Below, piece by piece: positions 9,169 through 19,812 of a DNA stretch of 32,000 bases (positions are counted from its first letter, which is position 1; each line of letters begins with the position of its first letter). The notes under the pieces were generated by a model that was given only the letters and a program-made list of their open reading frames with translations, did no database searches and was not told the origin of the DNA. Source of the stretch: Candidatus Saccharimonadota bacterium (GTDB taxonomy: Bacteria > Pseudomonadota > Gammaproteobacteria > Enterobacterales > Enterobacteriaceae); assembly GCA_041941765.1 (NCBI GenBank), contig CP145869.1:90001-122000 (forward strand), given 5' to 3'. A program made the position numbers and the translations under genes.

Positions 9169-9838
9169 TAATATAAAATAACTTATTCAATTATATTTCT
9201 TTTATTAGAATTAGGCTATAAAAAATTATACTAAGAATTATAATCTAGTAGATTGGCAATAATTTGGTGAGAATATTAATATTATTAAACAGTATCACTT
9301 AGATCATAAATAATATTAATAATTATTTTTAATAACATGATTTTGTTAGTGAAATTAAATAGATTCTTTTTTAGTTTATTAGGTACAAATCTAATTATAG
9401 ATCTTTTTAAAGGTTACTTTTTTACAAAAAGTTTTATACATAAAGATTAATATCATCTAAAAATCATTAGTTCTCAAAAAGATTATTTAATTTAACTCAT
9501 TCATTTGAAAACTACTCAAAATATAAGTAAATGTATGGTTAAAATATAATCGCTAACTAAATATGAAACTCAATCTACATCATAGCATTTAATAAAACAA
9601 ATAAAGTCTAATGTTTAGACTGCAATCTTTAGTATTAAATATAAAGATATTCTTATTATTAAATTAATAATTTCTTTTTACTTATAATTGATTTTACTCT
9701 AATATAGTAATTTTACCCCCTTAAAATATAAATTATATTAATAATTTTTTTATAAACCTAATCTTAACATTTAATTTAACATTCGTTATAACTTATTAAG
9801 CATTTTAAAAGGTAACATTACCTAACTATTTTAGTTAG

Positions 9839-9876
9839 ATAGATTATTAATATCTTCATAGATTTAAATAATCTAT
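9839..9876 (-). terminator. Candidate aspA terminator region, formed by inverted repeats just downstream of the aspA stop
   Basis: A 10-bp inverted repeat ATAGATTATT (9839-9848) / AATAATCTAT (9867-9876) with an 18-nt loop begins 8 nt past the aspA stop. Neighbouring short hairpins are CTAACT-ATTTT-AGTTAG (9822-9838) and AGGTAA-CA-TTACCT (9810-9823). The stems are AT-only or AT-rich, so chance occurrence in this composition is quite possible. Confidence 0.2.
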
Positions 9877-9883
9877 TCTTTAT

Positions 9884-11293
9884 TTATTTCATCTTATTAT
9901 GAGGTAACAAATTATTTAAAGATAATAACTCCTCTAATTGTTTTTCTGATAAAAAACCTTTTTCTAATATTACTTCTTTTATAGTTTTACCGCTTTTCAT
10001 ACAAATTTTACCAATAATATCACTTTTATGATGACCTAAATAAGGATTTAAGTAAGTGAGAATTCCAATCGAATTAAATACATATGATTCACAAACTGAT
10101 TTATTAGCTGTTATACCATTTATACATTTTTTTAATAGAGAAAAACATGCATGTCTTAAAATACTTAGAGATTCAAATATAGATTGACTAATAATTGGTT
10201 CCATAACATTTAATTGTAATTGTCCTGCTTCAGCCGCTAGAGTCACACAAATATCATTTCCTATAACTTTAAAACATATTTGATTTACTAATTCTGGCAT
10301 GACTGGATTTACTTTAGCAGGCATAATAGAAGATCCAGCTTGTAATTCCGGAAGATTAATTTCATTAAATCCAGCTCGTGGACCAGACGATAATAATCTT
10401 AAATCATTACAAATTTTAGATAGTTTCACTGCTAAAAGTTTTAATACTCCATGAATCATTACATATACACCACAATCAGAAGTAGCTTCAATTAAATCTT
10501 CCGAAGGTACAAAGGGTAATTGAGTAATTTCAGCTAATTTTTTTACTACTAAATCCTGATAACCATTTGGAGTATTAATACCTGTACCTATAGCTGTAGC
10601 CCCTAAATTTACTTCTAATAATAATTTACTATTATTTTCAAGATTTTTAACTTCTTCATTAAGTAATACTTGAAAGGCATTAAATTCTTGTCCTAATGTC
10701 ATTGGAACAGCATCTTGTAATTGTGTTCTACCCATTTTAAGTATATTTTTAAATTCGATTGATTTATTTTTAAATCCTTCTCTTAGTTCTATTAAAGTTT
10801 TTATAAGTTTTTGTATTAACATATAAATTGTTATTCTAATTCCAGTTGGATAAATATCATTCGTAGATTGACATTTATTAACATGGTCATTAGGATGAAT
10901 ATATTGATAGTCACCTTTTTGATATCCTAAAATTTCAAGAGCAATATTTGCTAATACTTCATTAATATTCATATTTATCGAAGTACCTGCTCCTCCTTGA
11001 TATATATCAATTGGAAATTGATCTCTATATTTATCTTCATTTATAATTAAATCACACGCTGTAATAATTGCATCAGCAATAGTAGAAGATAAAACTTTGA
11101 GTTCTTTATTAGTCAAAGTTGCAGCTTTTTTGACTATAACCATAGCGTTAATAAATTCCGGTATATCACTAATTTTATTAGCACTAATTCTAAAATTTTC
11201 TAATGCACGAATAGTATGAATACCATAATAAGCATTAGATGGAATTTCTCTACATCCTAACAAATCTTCTTCTTTGCGCATATTTTTTGTCAT
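9884..11293 (-). CDS. aspA: Aspartate ammonia-lyase (aspartase)
   Basis: The 469-aa product is colinear with E. coli AspA: [56 protein letters not shown] and the signature [12 protein letters not shown]. Confidence 0.96.
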   Translation of the reverse strand: MTKNMRKEEDLLGCREIPSNAYYGIHTIRALENFRISANKISDIPEFINAMVIVKKAATLTNKELKVLSSTIADAIITACDLIINEDKYRDQFPIDIYQGGAGTSINMNINEVLANIALEILGYQKGDYQYIHPNDHVNKCQSTNDIYPTGIRITIYMLIQKLIKTLIELREGFKNKSIEFKNILKMGRTQLQDAVPMTLGQEFNAFQVLLNEEVKNLENNSKLLLEVNLGATAIGTGINTPNGYQDLVVKKLAEITQLPFVPSEDLIEATSDCGVYVMIHGVLKLLAVKLSKICNDLRLLSSGPRAGFNEINLPELQAGSSIMPAKVNPVMPELVNQICFKVIGNDICVTLAAEAGQLQLNVMEPIISQSIFESLSILRHACFSLLKKCINGITANKSVCESYVFNSIGILTYLNPYLGHHKSDIIGKICMKSGKTIKEVILEKGFLSEKQLEELLSLNNLLPHNKMK

Positions 11294-11407
11294 AAGAACC
11301 TTCTAAAAATTAATTATTTTGTCATTGATAAAATTCTTTTATTTAAAATATACTAAACTATTATTTAATTAATAATATTAATTTTTTAAAAAAAAATCTT
11401 TTTCTTT

Positions 11408-11437
11408 CCCTTGAAGAAATCAGTTATATCCCCATAT
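11408..11437 (+). promoter_or_regulatory. Sigma-32 (RpoH) heat-shock promoter of groES-groEL
   Basis: CCCTTGAA (11408-11415), a 14-nt spacer, then CCCCATAT (11430-11437). This matches the E. coli sigma-32 consensus CTTGAA-N13-14-CCCCATNT and resembles the E. coli groE promoter. It lies about 97 nt upstream of the groES ATG. Two C-rich blocks stand out in otherwise AT-only spacer. Confidence 0.65.
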
Positions 11438-11533
11438 ATTATAAATATATAACACTGGAATAAAATTATTTATCCGGGATTTTATTATTTATACTTACTA
11501 ATAATGATGGGACTTCTTAAAGGAGATCTATTA

Positions 11534-11827
11534 ATGAAAATTCGTCCCTTACATGATAGAGTTATCGTCAAACGTAAAGAAGTTGAATCTAAATCAGCGG
11601 GAGGTATTGTATTAACAGGATCTGCCGCAGGTAAATCAACAAGAGGTCAAGTTTTGGCGATAGGTAATGGTCGTATTCTAGATAATGGTGAAACTAAACC
11701 ACTAGATGTAAAAGTTGGCGATCTAGTTATTTTTAATGATGGTTATGGTGTAAAAACTGAAAAAATAGATAATGAAGAAGTTTTAATTCTGTCCGAAAGC
11801 GATATTTTAGCAATTCTTGAAGAATAA
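11534..11827 (+). CDS. groES: Co-chaperonin GroES
   Basis: [47 protein letters not shown] is near-identical to E. coli GroES ([38 protein letters not shown]). I set the start at the Met aligned with E. coli Met1, which is preceded by AAAGGAG. The 10-codon extension of the track ORF (11504) contains that SD and is not coding. Confidence 0.96.
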   Translation: MKIRPLHDRVIVKRKEVESKSAGGIVLTGSAAGKSTRGQVLAIGNGRILDNGETKPLDVKVGDLVIFNDGYGVKTEKIDNEEVLILSESDILAILEE

Positions 11828-11850
11828 AACTTCTAGATAGATATATATGA

Positions 11851-13518
<1,668 letters not shown>

Positions 13519-13566
13519 AAAATCAAACTCAAACTATCCCAAAATTATAATAAATAAGTATTCTTT

Positions 13567-13597
13567 AAAAACCCTTGCTAATGATGCAAGGGTTTTT
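13567..13597 (+). terminator. Rho-independent terminator of groESL
   Basis: AAAAA-CCCTTGC (13572-13578), loop TAATGAT, GCAAGGG (13586-13592), then TTTTT (13593-13597). It sits about 50 nt after the groEL stop. This is the only GC-rich perfect stem with a T-run in the window. Confidence 0.85.
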
Positions 13598-13666
13598 ATT
13601 ACTATTAGTAATTTCATTGAATTAATTCTAATTATGCATAGGATTTTAATAATCGATATCTTTTAA

Positions 13667-14581
13667 ATGAACCGAAAGACTTTTGAGAGTATAATTTGTA
13701 ATCTTCAACATTATTGGCAATCAAAAGGTTGTATTTTAGTTCAACCATTTGATTTAGAAGTAGGTGCGGGAACTTCACATCCTATAACATTTTTTGGGGC
13801 TATAGGTCCTGAACCTATTAATGCTGCTTATGTTCAACCCTCTCGTCGTCCCACAGATGGACGTTATGCAAATAATCCTAATAAACTTCAACATTTTTAT
13901 CAATTTCAAGTAATTATGAAACCTTCTCCTCACAATATCCAAGATTTATATTTTAATTCATTACAAGCATTAGGAATTAATTTATCTATTAATGATATTC
14001 GTTTTATTCAAGATGATTGGGAAAATCCTTCATTGGGAGCTTGGGGTTATGGTTGGGAAATATGGTTAAATGGTATGGAAATCACTCAATTTACTTATTT
14101 TCAACAAATGGGAGGATTAGAATGTTTTCCTATTATGGTAGAAATAACATATGGGTTAGAAAGACTAGCTATGCATTTGCAAGAAATAAATAATATTAGT
14201 AAGCTTATTTGGTATATAGATAATAATAAACAAACTATAATAACTTATGGTGATCTGTTTATGCAAAATGAAATTGAACATTCTTATTATAATTTTAAAT
14301 ATGCTAATATAAATTTTTTATTTATTTGTTTTGATCAATATGAAAAAGAAGCAAATAAATTAATTAAATTAACCAAACCATTATCAATTCCAGCATATGA
14401 ATTAATCTTAAAAGCTATGCATATTTTTAATTTACTTGAAGCAAGAAAAGCAATTTCTGTAACTGAACGTCAACGATATATTTTACGTCTTAGAACACTT
14501 ACTAAAACTGTTATGACAACATATTATAATTATCGTAAATCTTTGGGTTTTCCTAGATGTAATATCTACAATAAAAATTAA
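13667..14581 (+). CDS. glyQ: Glycine--tRNA ligase alpha subunit
   Basis: [50 protein letters not shown] and [17 protein letters not shown] are colinear with E. coli GlyQ. Confidence 0.97.
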   Translation: MNRKTFESIICNLQHYWQSKGCILVQPFDLEVGAGTSHPITFFGAIGPEPINAAYVQPSRRPTDGRYANNPNKLQHFYQFQVIMKPSPHNIQDLYFNSLQALGINLSINDIRFIQDDWENPSLGAWGYGWEIWLNGMEITQFTYFQQMGGLECFPIMVEITYGLERLAMHLQEINNISKLIWYIDNNKQTIITYGDLFMQNEIEHSYYNFKYANINFLFICFDQYEKEANKLIKLTKPLSIPAYELILKAMHIFNLLEARKAISVTERQRYILRLRTLTKTVMTTYYNYRKSLGFPRCNIYNKN

Positions 14582-14587
14582 AAAAAT

Positions 14588-16525
14588 ATGAGACTTATAA
14601 AAAACCAAACCTTTTTATTGGAAATAGGTACTGAAGAATTACCCTCAAAGCTACTACGTAATATTGCAGTAGCGTTTACTAATTATTTTATACAAGAATG
14701 TAATCGTGTTAAATTACAGTATGATAAAGTTCATTGGTTTGCATCTCCACGTCGTCTTGCCATTAAGATTGATAAATTAAATTATTATTTTCTTCACCCC
14801 CAAAAATTGCGATCAAAGATTTATTTTACAAAAGATCTTTTACCACAAATAATCAATAATGCTTTATTACAACTTGTAAAAAAATTTCCATCTATGCGTT
14901 GGGGAGATGGAACTATAACATTCATACGACCAGTTCATAGTGTATTATTATTATTGGGAGAGGAATTAATTTCCATTAAATTACTTGGAATATCATCTTC
15001 TAGAAAGATTTTTGGTCATAGATTTATGGGAGAATTAAATATTAATATTAAGTGTGCCGATGAGTATCCAAAAATTTTACTTTCATGTGGAAAAGTCATT
15101 GCTTGTTATGAAGAACGTAAACATAAAATTGCATTTCATGTTGAAAAAGTAGCTTATCAAATTGGGGGAAGAGTAAAAATTGATAACCTTCTTTTAGAAG
15201 AATTAACTTCATTAGTTGAATGGCCTGTAGTTTTAATTGGGTCATTTGATGAAAAATTTCTTTCTATTCCTATCCTTACACATATTATTCAATCGGATCA
15301 TAAATCATTCGTAGTTTACAACTTTAATCATCAATTAATTCCTAAATTTATTTTTATAGCTAATATTGAATCTCAAGATTATAAACAAATTATCGAAGGT
15401 AATGAAAAAATTTTACATTCTCGATTATCTGATGTAAATTTTTTTATACATGAAGATCGTAAAAAACCTTTATATCAATATTTTTCCTTATTAGAATCTA
15501 TTATATTTCAATACCAATTAGGTACTTTATGTGATAAAGTACAACGTATTAAAAGTTTAGCCATTTATATAGCTCAAAACCTCCATATAAATAATCTAAA
15601 TGATGTAGAACGTGCTGCATTCTTAGCTAAATGTGATTTAGCGACAAATATGGTATTTGAATTTCCAAAGACTCAAGGTATTATTGGTATGCATTATGCA
15701 CTTCTAGATGGGGAAAAAGAAGAAATTGCTATATCTATAAAGGAACATTATAAACCATCTTATAAAAAAGATAGATTACCTTCTAATCTTATAGCTTGCT
15801 CAATAGCTATATCGGATAAAATTGATACTTTAACTGGTATTATTGGTATTGGAATTCATTCAACTGGAGAGAAAGATCCTTTTGGATTAAGGCGTAATGC
15901 ATTAGGTATATTACGTATAATATTAGAAAAAAATCTTTCATTAGATTTACAATCTCTTATACATGAATCAATAAAAGTTTATAAAACTAAATTAACCAAT
16001 CATAATGTAGCAAATGACGTTATACAGTTTTTATTAAAACGTTTAATTTCCTTGTATAAAGAACAAGGATATAGAATTGATGTGATTAAAGCTGTATTAG
16101 CAATTAATCCTTCTTTATTATGTGATTTGAATGCACGTATAAAAGCTCTTTCTTCTGTTAAAGAATCTTTTAAATTTTCTATAATTAATAAACGAATTTC
16201 TAATTTTTTAATAAAAAATCAAAAAGAAATTTCAAATTTAAATGAAGAAATTGATTTATCATTAATCCTAGAAAAGGAAGAAAAAATACTGAATTATTCT
16301 CTTATGAATTTGAGTAAAAAATTACCAACTTATTTTAATAATTATAAGTATGAGTGTATTTTAAGGGAATTAATTACATTATATAATCCTATTAATAATT
16401 TTTTTAACTGTGTACCAATTAATATTTCTGATCATCGATTAAAAATTAATCGATTAAAATTACTCATAAAAATCCAAAAAATATTTTTTAAAATAGCAGA
16501 TTTTTCTTTACTTCAAGACAATTAA
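14588..16525 (+). CDS. glyS: Glycine--tRNA ligase beta subunit, shortened relative to E. coli
   Basis: FLLEIGTEELPSK, WFASPRRLA, MRWGDG...F.RPVHS..LLLG, GHRFMG, EWPVVL, IFIANIES.D..QII.GNEK, DKDPF.LRR.ALG.LRI and the C-terminal INRL.LL..I...F..IADFSLLQ follow E. coli GlyS. It starts 6 nt after glyQ. The product is 645 aa against about 689 aa, mostly because of one N-terminal gap (see findings). Confidence 0.93.
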   Translation: MRLIKNQTFLLEIGTEELPSKLLRNIAVAFTNYFIQECNRVKLQYDKVHWFASPRRLAIKIDKLNYYFLHPQKLRSKIYFTKDLLPQIINNALLQLVKKFPSMRWGDGTITFIRPVHSVLLLLGEELISIKLLGISSSRKIFGHRFMGELNINIKCADEYPKILLSCGKVIACYEERKHKIAFHVEKVAYQIGGRVKIDNLLLEELTSLVEWPVVLIGSFDEKFLSIPILTHIIQSDHKSFVVYNFNHQLIPKFIFIANIESQDYKQIIEGNEKILHSRLSDVNFFIHEDRKKPLYQYFSLLESIIFQYQLGTLCDKVQRIKSLAIYIAQNLHINNLNDVERAAFLAKCDLATNMVFEFPKTQGIIGMHYALLDGEKEEIAISIKEHYKPSYKKDRLPSNLIACSIAISDKIDTLTGIIGIGIHSTGEKDPFGLRRNALGILRIILEKNLSLDLQSLIHESIKVYKTKLTNHNVANDVIQFLLKRLISLYKEQGYRIDVIKAVLAINPSLLCDLNARIKALSSVKESFKFSIINKRISNFLIKNQKEISNLNEEIDLSLILEKEEKILNYSLMNLSKKLPTYFNNYKYECILRELITLYNPINNFFNCVPINISDHRLKINRLKLLIKIQKIFFKIADFSLLQDN

Positions 16526-16699
16526 TTTATTTGAAAATGTAACATTTATAATAAGATTTATATATCTTCTTTTAAGATAACAATGATTTTGTATCATAGC
16601 CGTACACAGTTTTTATAAACTAATCAATATTTTTTAATAATTAGTATTAACAAGTTTATGTTAAAATACTTTGAGAATTAGATAAATTAGTCTATTTTC

Positions 16700-16725
16700 A
16701 AAAAAACACTACTAAAAAATAGTAG
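16700..16725 (-). terminator. Candidate rho-independent terminator of ruvAB (minus strand)
   Basis: The hairpin is CTACTA (16709-16714), a 5-nt loop, then TAGTAG (16720-16725). On the minus strand it is followed after 2 nt by T7 (plus-strand A-run 16700-16706). It lies 29 nt downstream of the ruvB stop. The stem is short and AT-rich, so this is weak. Confidence 0.3.
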
Positions 16726-16753
16726 AAGATATTTTTTTCTAATGTCATTAGAC

Positions 16754-17779
16754 TTATTGGTAAAGTGGATTATTTTTATAATATTCAAAATGTTGATATG
16801 CTTTAGAAGTCACTATACGACCTCGTGGTGTACGTTTAATAAATCCTTGTTGAATTAAAAATGGTTCGATTATATCTTCTACAGTATCTTTTTCTTCACT
16901 AATGGCTGTAGCAAGATTATCTAATCCCACTGGTCCTCCATTAAATTGATTAATTATTGTAAATAAGAATTTACGATCCATATAATCCAGTCCTTTATAA
17001 TCTACATTAAGTAGATTTAATGCTTTGGAGGCTATTTCTTTATTTAAATTACTTTTGGTATATACATCAGCAAAATCACGTACTCTACGTAATAAACGAT
17101 TAGCAATACGGGGTGTACCTCGTGCTCTTTGTGCAATTTCTAAAATTCCATCTTCACTAATTTGTAAATCTAAATATATTGCACTACGATCCACAATCTT
17201 TGTCAGATCTGAGATAGAATAAAATTCTAGACGTTGGATAATTCCAAATCGATCTCTTAGAGGAGATGTTAAAGCAGCTGCTTTAGTAGTAGCTCCAATT
17301 AAAGTAAAAGGAGGTAAATCAATTTTAATTGAACGTGCACTAGGACCATTTCCGATTAAAATATCTAATTGATAATCTTCCATTGCTGGATATAATATTT
17401 CTTCTACTATAGGAGATAATCGATGAATTTCATCAATAAATAATATTTCTTGATATTCTAAATTAGTTAGAATAGCTGCTAAATCTCCTGCTTTTTCTAA
17501 TACTGGACCAGAAGTACTGCGTAAATTCACACCCATTTCATTAGCAATAATATTCGCAAGGGTTGTTTTACCTAAGCCAGGAGGTCCAAAAATTAGTACA
17601 TGGTCTAAGACCGTTTTCCTAATTTTAGCAGCTTGAATAAATATCTGCATTTGATTTTTTATATTTTTTTGTCCTATATATTCTATTAGTTTTTTGGGAC
17701 GTAAAGCACGTTCAGAAAAATTTTTGGATTTTAAATCATGTTTCGTAAAATTACGTGACATTAGTAGTCGAGAATCCAT
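16754..17779 (-). CDS. ruvB: Holliday junction branch-migration helicase RuvB
   Basis: Walker [44 protein letters not shown], Walker [30 protein letters not shown] and [14 protein letters not shown] are near-identical to E. coli RuvB. The track ORF starts at 17821 and would overlap ruvA by 29 nt. I prefer the ATG at 17779 (MDSRLL...), which has GAGAG 8-12 nt upstream and matches the E. coli N-terminal length. The start call is less certain than the gene call. Confidence 0.93.
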   Translation of the reverse strand: MDSRLLMSRNFTKHDLKSKNFSERALRPKKLIEYIGQKNIKNQMQIFIQAAKIRKTVLDHVLIFGPPGLGKTTLANIIANEMGVNLRSTSGPVLEKAGDLAAILTNLEYQEILFIDEIHRLSPIVEEILYPAMEDYQLDILIGNGPSARSIKIDLPPFTLIGATTKAAALTSPLRDRFGIIQRLEFYSISDLTKIVDRSAIYLDLQISEDGILEIAQRARGTPRIANRLLRRVRDFADVYTKSNLNKEIASKALNLLNVDYKGLDYMDRKFLFTIINQFNGGPVGLDNLATAISEEKDTVEDIIEPFLIQQGFIKRTPRGRIVTSKAYQHFEYYKNNPLYQ

Positions 17780-17792
17780 TGGTATACTCTCA

Positions 17793-18434
17793 TTATAGTG
17801 CTGCTGTACGAAGAGCTTCACGTATTAGTGTTTCACAATTTTCGGCTACAGCAGTATTTATTGTATGTTTGACTTTATTAATCATTCTTTTAGCTTCTTG
17901 AGGTTTATAACCTAAGACTATTAAGGCTGATATAGCTTCATTTTCTACTTTGGTATTTTGAGGTAAAAAATCTTCGTTCGTAATTTTTGAATCTACATTT
18001 TCAGATTTTAATGATGGAAAAAATAAATTAGATTTATGTATATGATCTCTCATTTCAATCACTAATCGTTCAGCAGTTTTTTTACCAACTCCTGGTAATT
18101 TTACTAAAATATCTATTTCATTATCTTTAATTGCTAAAATTAACTCACTGGCAGACATTCCTGATAAAATAGCTAATGCTAATTTCGGTCCAATACCATT
18201 AACTTTAATTAATTCACGAAATAAGGTTCTTTCTTGTTTATTATTAAAACCAAATAATAGTTGAGCATCTTCCCGCACAATAAAATGTGTGAAAATAATT
18301 ATTTCGCAATTTACTTTGGGGAGAAGATAAAAACAGGTCATAGGCATATTTATTTCATAAGCTATACCATGAATATCTAATAAAATTTGTGGAGGAGATT
18401 TTTCAATAAGAATACCTTTTAAACGTCCTATCAC
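17793..18434 (-). CDS. ruvA: Holliday junction DNA-binding protein RuvA
   Basis: [80 protein letters not shown] and LGYKPQEA align with E. coli RuvA. Confidence 0.95.
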   Translation of the reverse strand: MIGRLKGILIEKSPPQILLDIHGIAYEINMPMTCFYLLPKVNCEIIIFTHFIVREDAQLLFGFNNKQERTLFRELIKVNGIGPKLALAILSGMSASELILAIKDNEIDILVKLPGVGKKTAERLVIEMRDHIHKSNLFFPSLKSENVDSKITNEDFLPQNTKVENEAISALIVLGYKPQEAKRMINKVKHTINTAVAENCETLIREALRTAAL

Positions 18435-18498
18435 TTAACGTTCCTTAAAGAGATTTTACAAAAGTATGTTATTTATAAATAGTTTTTTATTTTAAATA

Positions 18499-19011
18499 CT
18501 ATTTATTATAGAATAAATTATTATCCAATAATAATGATGGTATCTTATACATATGACAATGTGTAATTGCTACAGCTAAAGCATCAGCAGCATCTTCAGG
18601 TGGGTTAACGGATAAATTCAGTAATATGCGTACCATATGTTGAACTTGATATTTTTTTGCTCCTCCATTTCCAACTACAGCGTTTTTTACTTGTTTAGCA
18701 GCATATTCAAATACTTGTAAATTATGATTAACTGCTGATACTATTGCCACTCCTTGTGCTTGTCCTAATTTCAATGCAGATTTAGCATTCTTAGCCATAA
18801 AAATTTGCTCAATAGCTAAAATTTGAGGATTATATTGATTAATAATTTTACTTATTCCCCAATAAATATCTTTTAACCGTAAAAAAAAATTATTTTTTTT
18901 ATTAGTATGAATACAACCACTACCTAAATAATTAATAATATTACCAGTTTTGCAAACTACTCCATATCCAGTAATTACTGATCCAGGATCTATACCTATA
19001 ATCGTAACCAT
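18499..19011 (-). CDS. ruvC: Holliday junction resolvase RuvC
   Basis: [68 protein letters not shown] and ADAADALA.AITHCH align with E. coli RuvC. I placed the start at the Met aligned with E. coli Met1 ([10 protein letters not shown]). The ORF-track start at 19038 adds 9 unaligned residues and remains possible. Confidence 0.92.
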   Translation of the reverse strand: MVTIIGIDPGSVITGYGVVCKTGNIINYLGSGCIHTNKKNNFFLRLKDIYWGISKIINQYNPQILAIEQIFMAKNAKSALKLGQAQGVAIVSAVNHNLQVFEYAAKQVKNAVVGNGGAKKYQVQHMVRILLNLSVNPPEDAADALAVAITHCHMYKIPSLLLDNNLFYNK

Positions 19012-19047
19012 TATTAGCTCATTATTAACAATGTTCAATAATTTTTA

Positions 19048-19788
19048 TTATATATTAGCGTTATGAAAAATTTCTTTTATATCATCAAAAAATTGAAATT
19101 GTTCAATTAATTTCAATAATTGCATAGTATTTTGTTCATTTAATTCAATTTTAATAATTGGCGTTATCAATACTTGAGATTTTTCAGGTTGAAAACCCAA
19201 AGTAATTAGAATGTTTTTAAGGACAATTAATAATTCAGGTTTAATAAAAATATTAAAGCTACTATTTTCTAATGAAACATCTTCAGCACCTGTATCTAAA
19301 GCAATATTGATTAATTTTTCTTCATCTTGTATTCCACCAGTATAAAAAAGTGAAATTAAACCCGTTTTTTTGAATAAGTATGAAACAGATCCATTCACAG
19401 CTAAATTACCACCATATTTAGTAAATATAGATCTTAATTTAGAAACTGTACGTTTGCGATTATCACTTAAGCATTTTAACATTATAGCAGTACCACCTGG
19501 TCCATAAGCTTCATATGTAATCTCTTCGACATTTGATTCATATTGAAAAGTATTATTAGTAATAGTAGTACCACGCATAATAGCACGATTAATAGTGTCA
19601 CGACTCATATTCTGAGCCCATGCTTTATTTAAAGCTGTACGTAAACGAGCATTAATACTAGGATCTGTTCCTCCATGTTTTACAGCAGTAATAATATCTC
19701 GAATAATTTTTGTAAAAGTATTTCCACGTTTTGCATCTTGTGCTGCTTTTCTATGTTTAGTATTTGACCATTTACTATGTCCTGACAT
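19048..19788 (-). CDS. yebC: YebC/PmpR-family transcriptional regulator / translation factor
   Basis: [46 protein letters not shown].RTV and the C-terminal IFHNANI match E. coli YebC ([30 protein letters not shown]). The position upstream of ruvC is conserved. Confidence 0.93.
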   Translation of the reverse strand: [246 protein letters not shown]

Positions 19789-19812
19789 TTTTTTTCCAAA
19801 AAAATTAAATTT

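Noticed and set aside
9337-9450. A 37-aa hydrophobic ORF (MILLVKLNRFFFSLLGTNLIIDLFKGYFFTKSFIHKD) in the large erpA-aspA spacer could be a small membrane protein.
   Set aside because: It has no SD or promoter-like context. Its F/I/L/K/N-rich composition is what random translation of AT-rich DNA gives, and its length is within chance expectation. It is kept only as a note under the spacer finding.
11504-11533. The ORF track suggests N-terminal extensions for groES (11504), rpsG (537), ruvC (19038) and ruvB (17821).
   Set aside because: The extra residues have no counterpart in the E. coli orthologues. The groES extension contains the gene's own SD (AAAGGAG), and the ruvB extension would overlap ruvA by 29 nt. 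Internal Met codons aligned with the E. coli starts are preferred. The ruvC and ruvB starts remain the least certain.
16553-16568. A hairpin AAGAT-TTATAT-ATCTT followed by CTTTT, about 28 nt after the glyS stop, could be a glyQS terminator.
   Set aside because: The stem is only 5 bp with a single G-C pair, and the T-run is interrupted. It is too weak to call, and the stronger candidate in this spacer serves the opposite strand (16700-16725).
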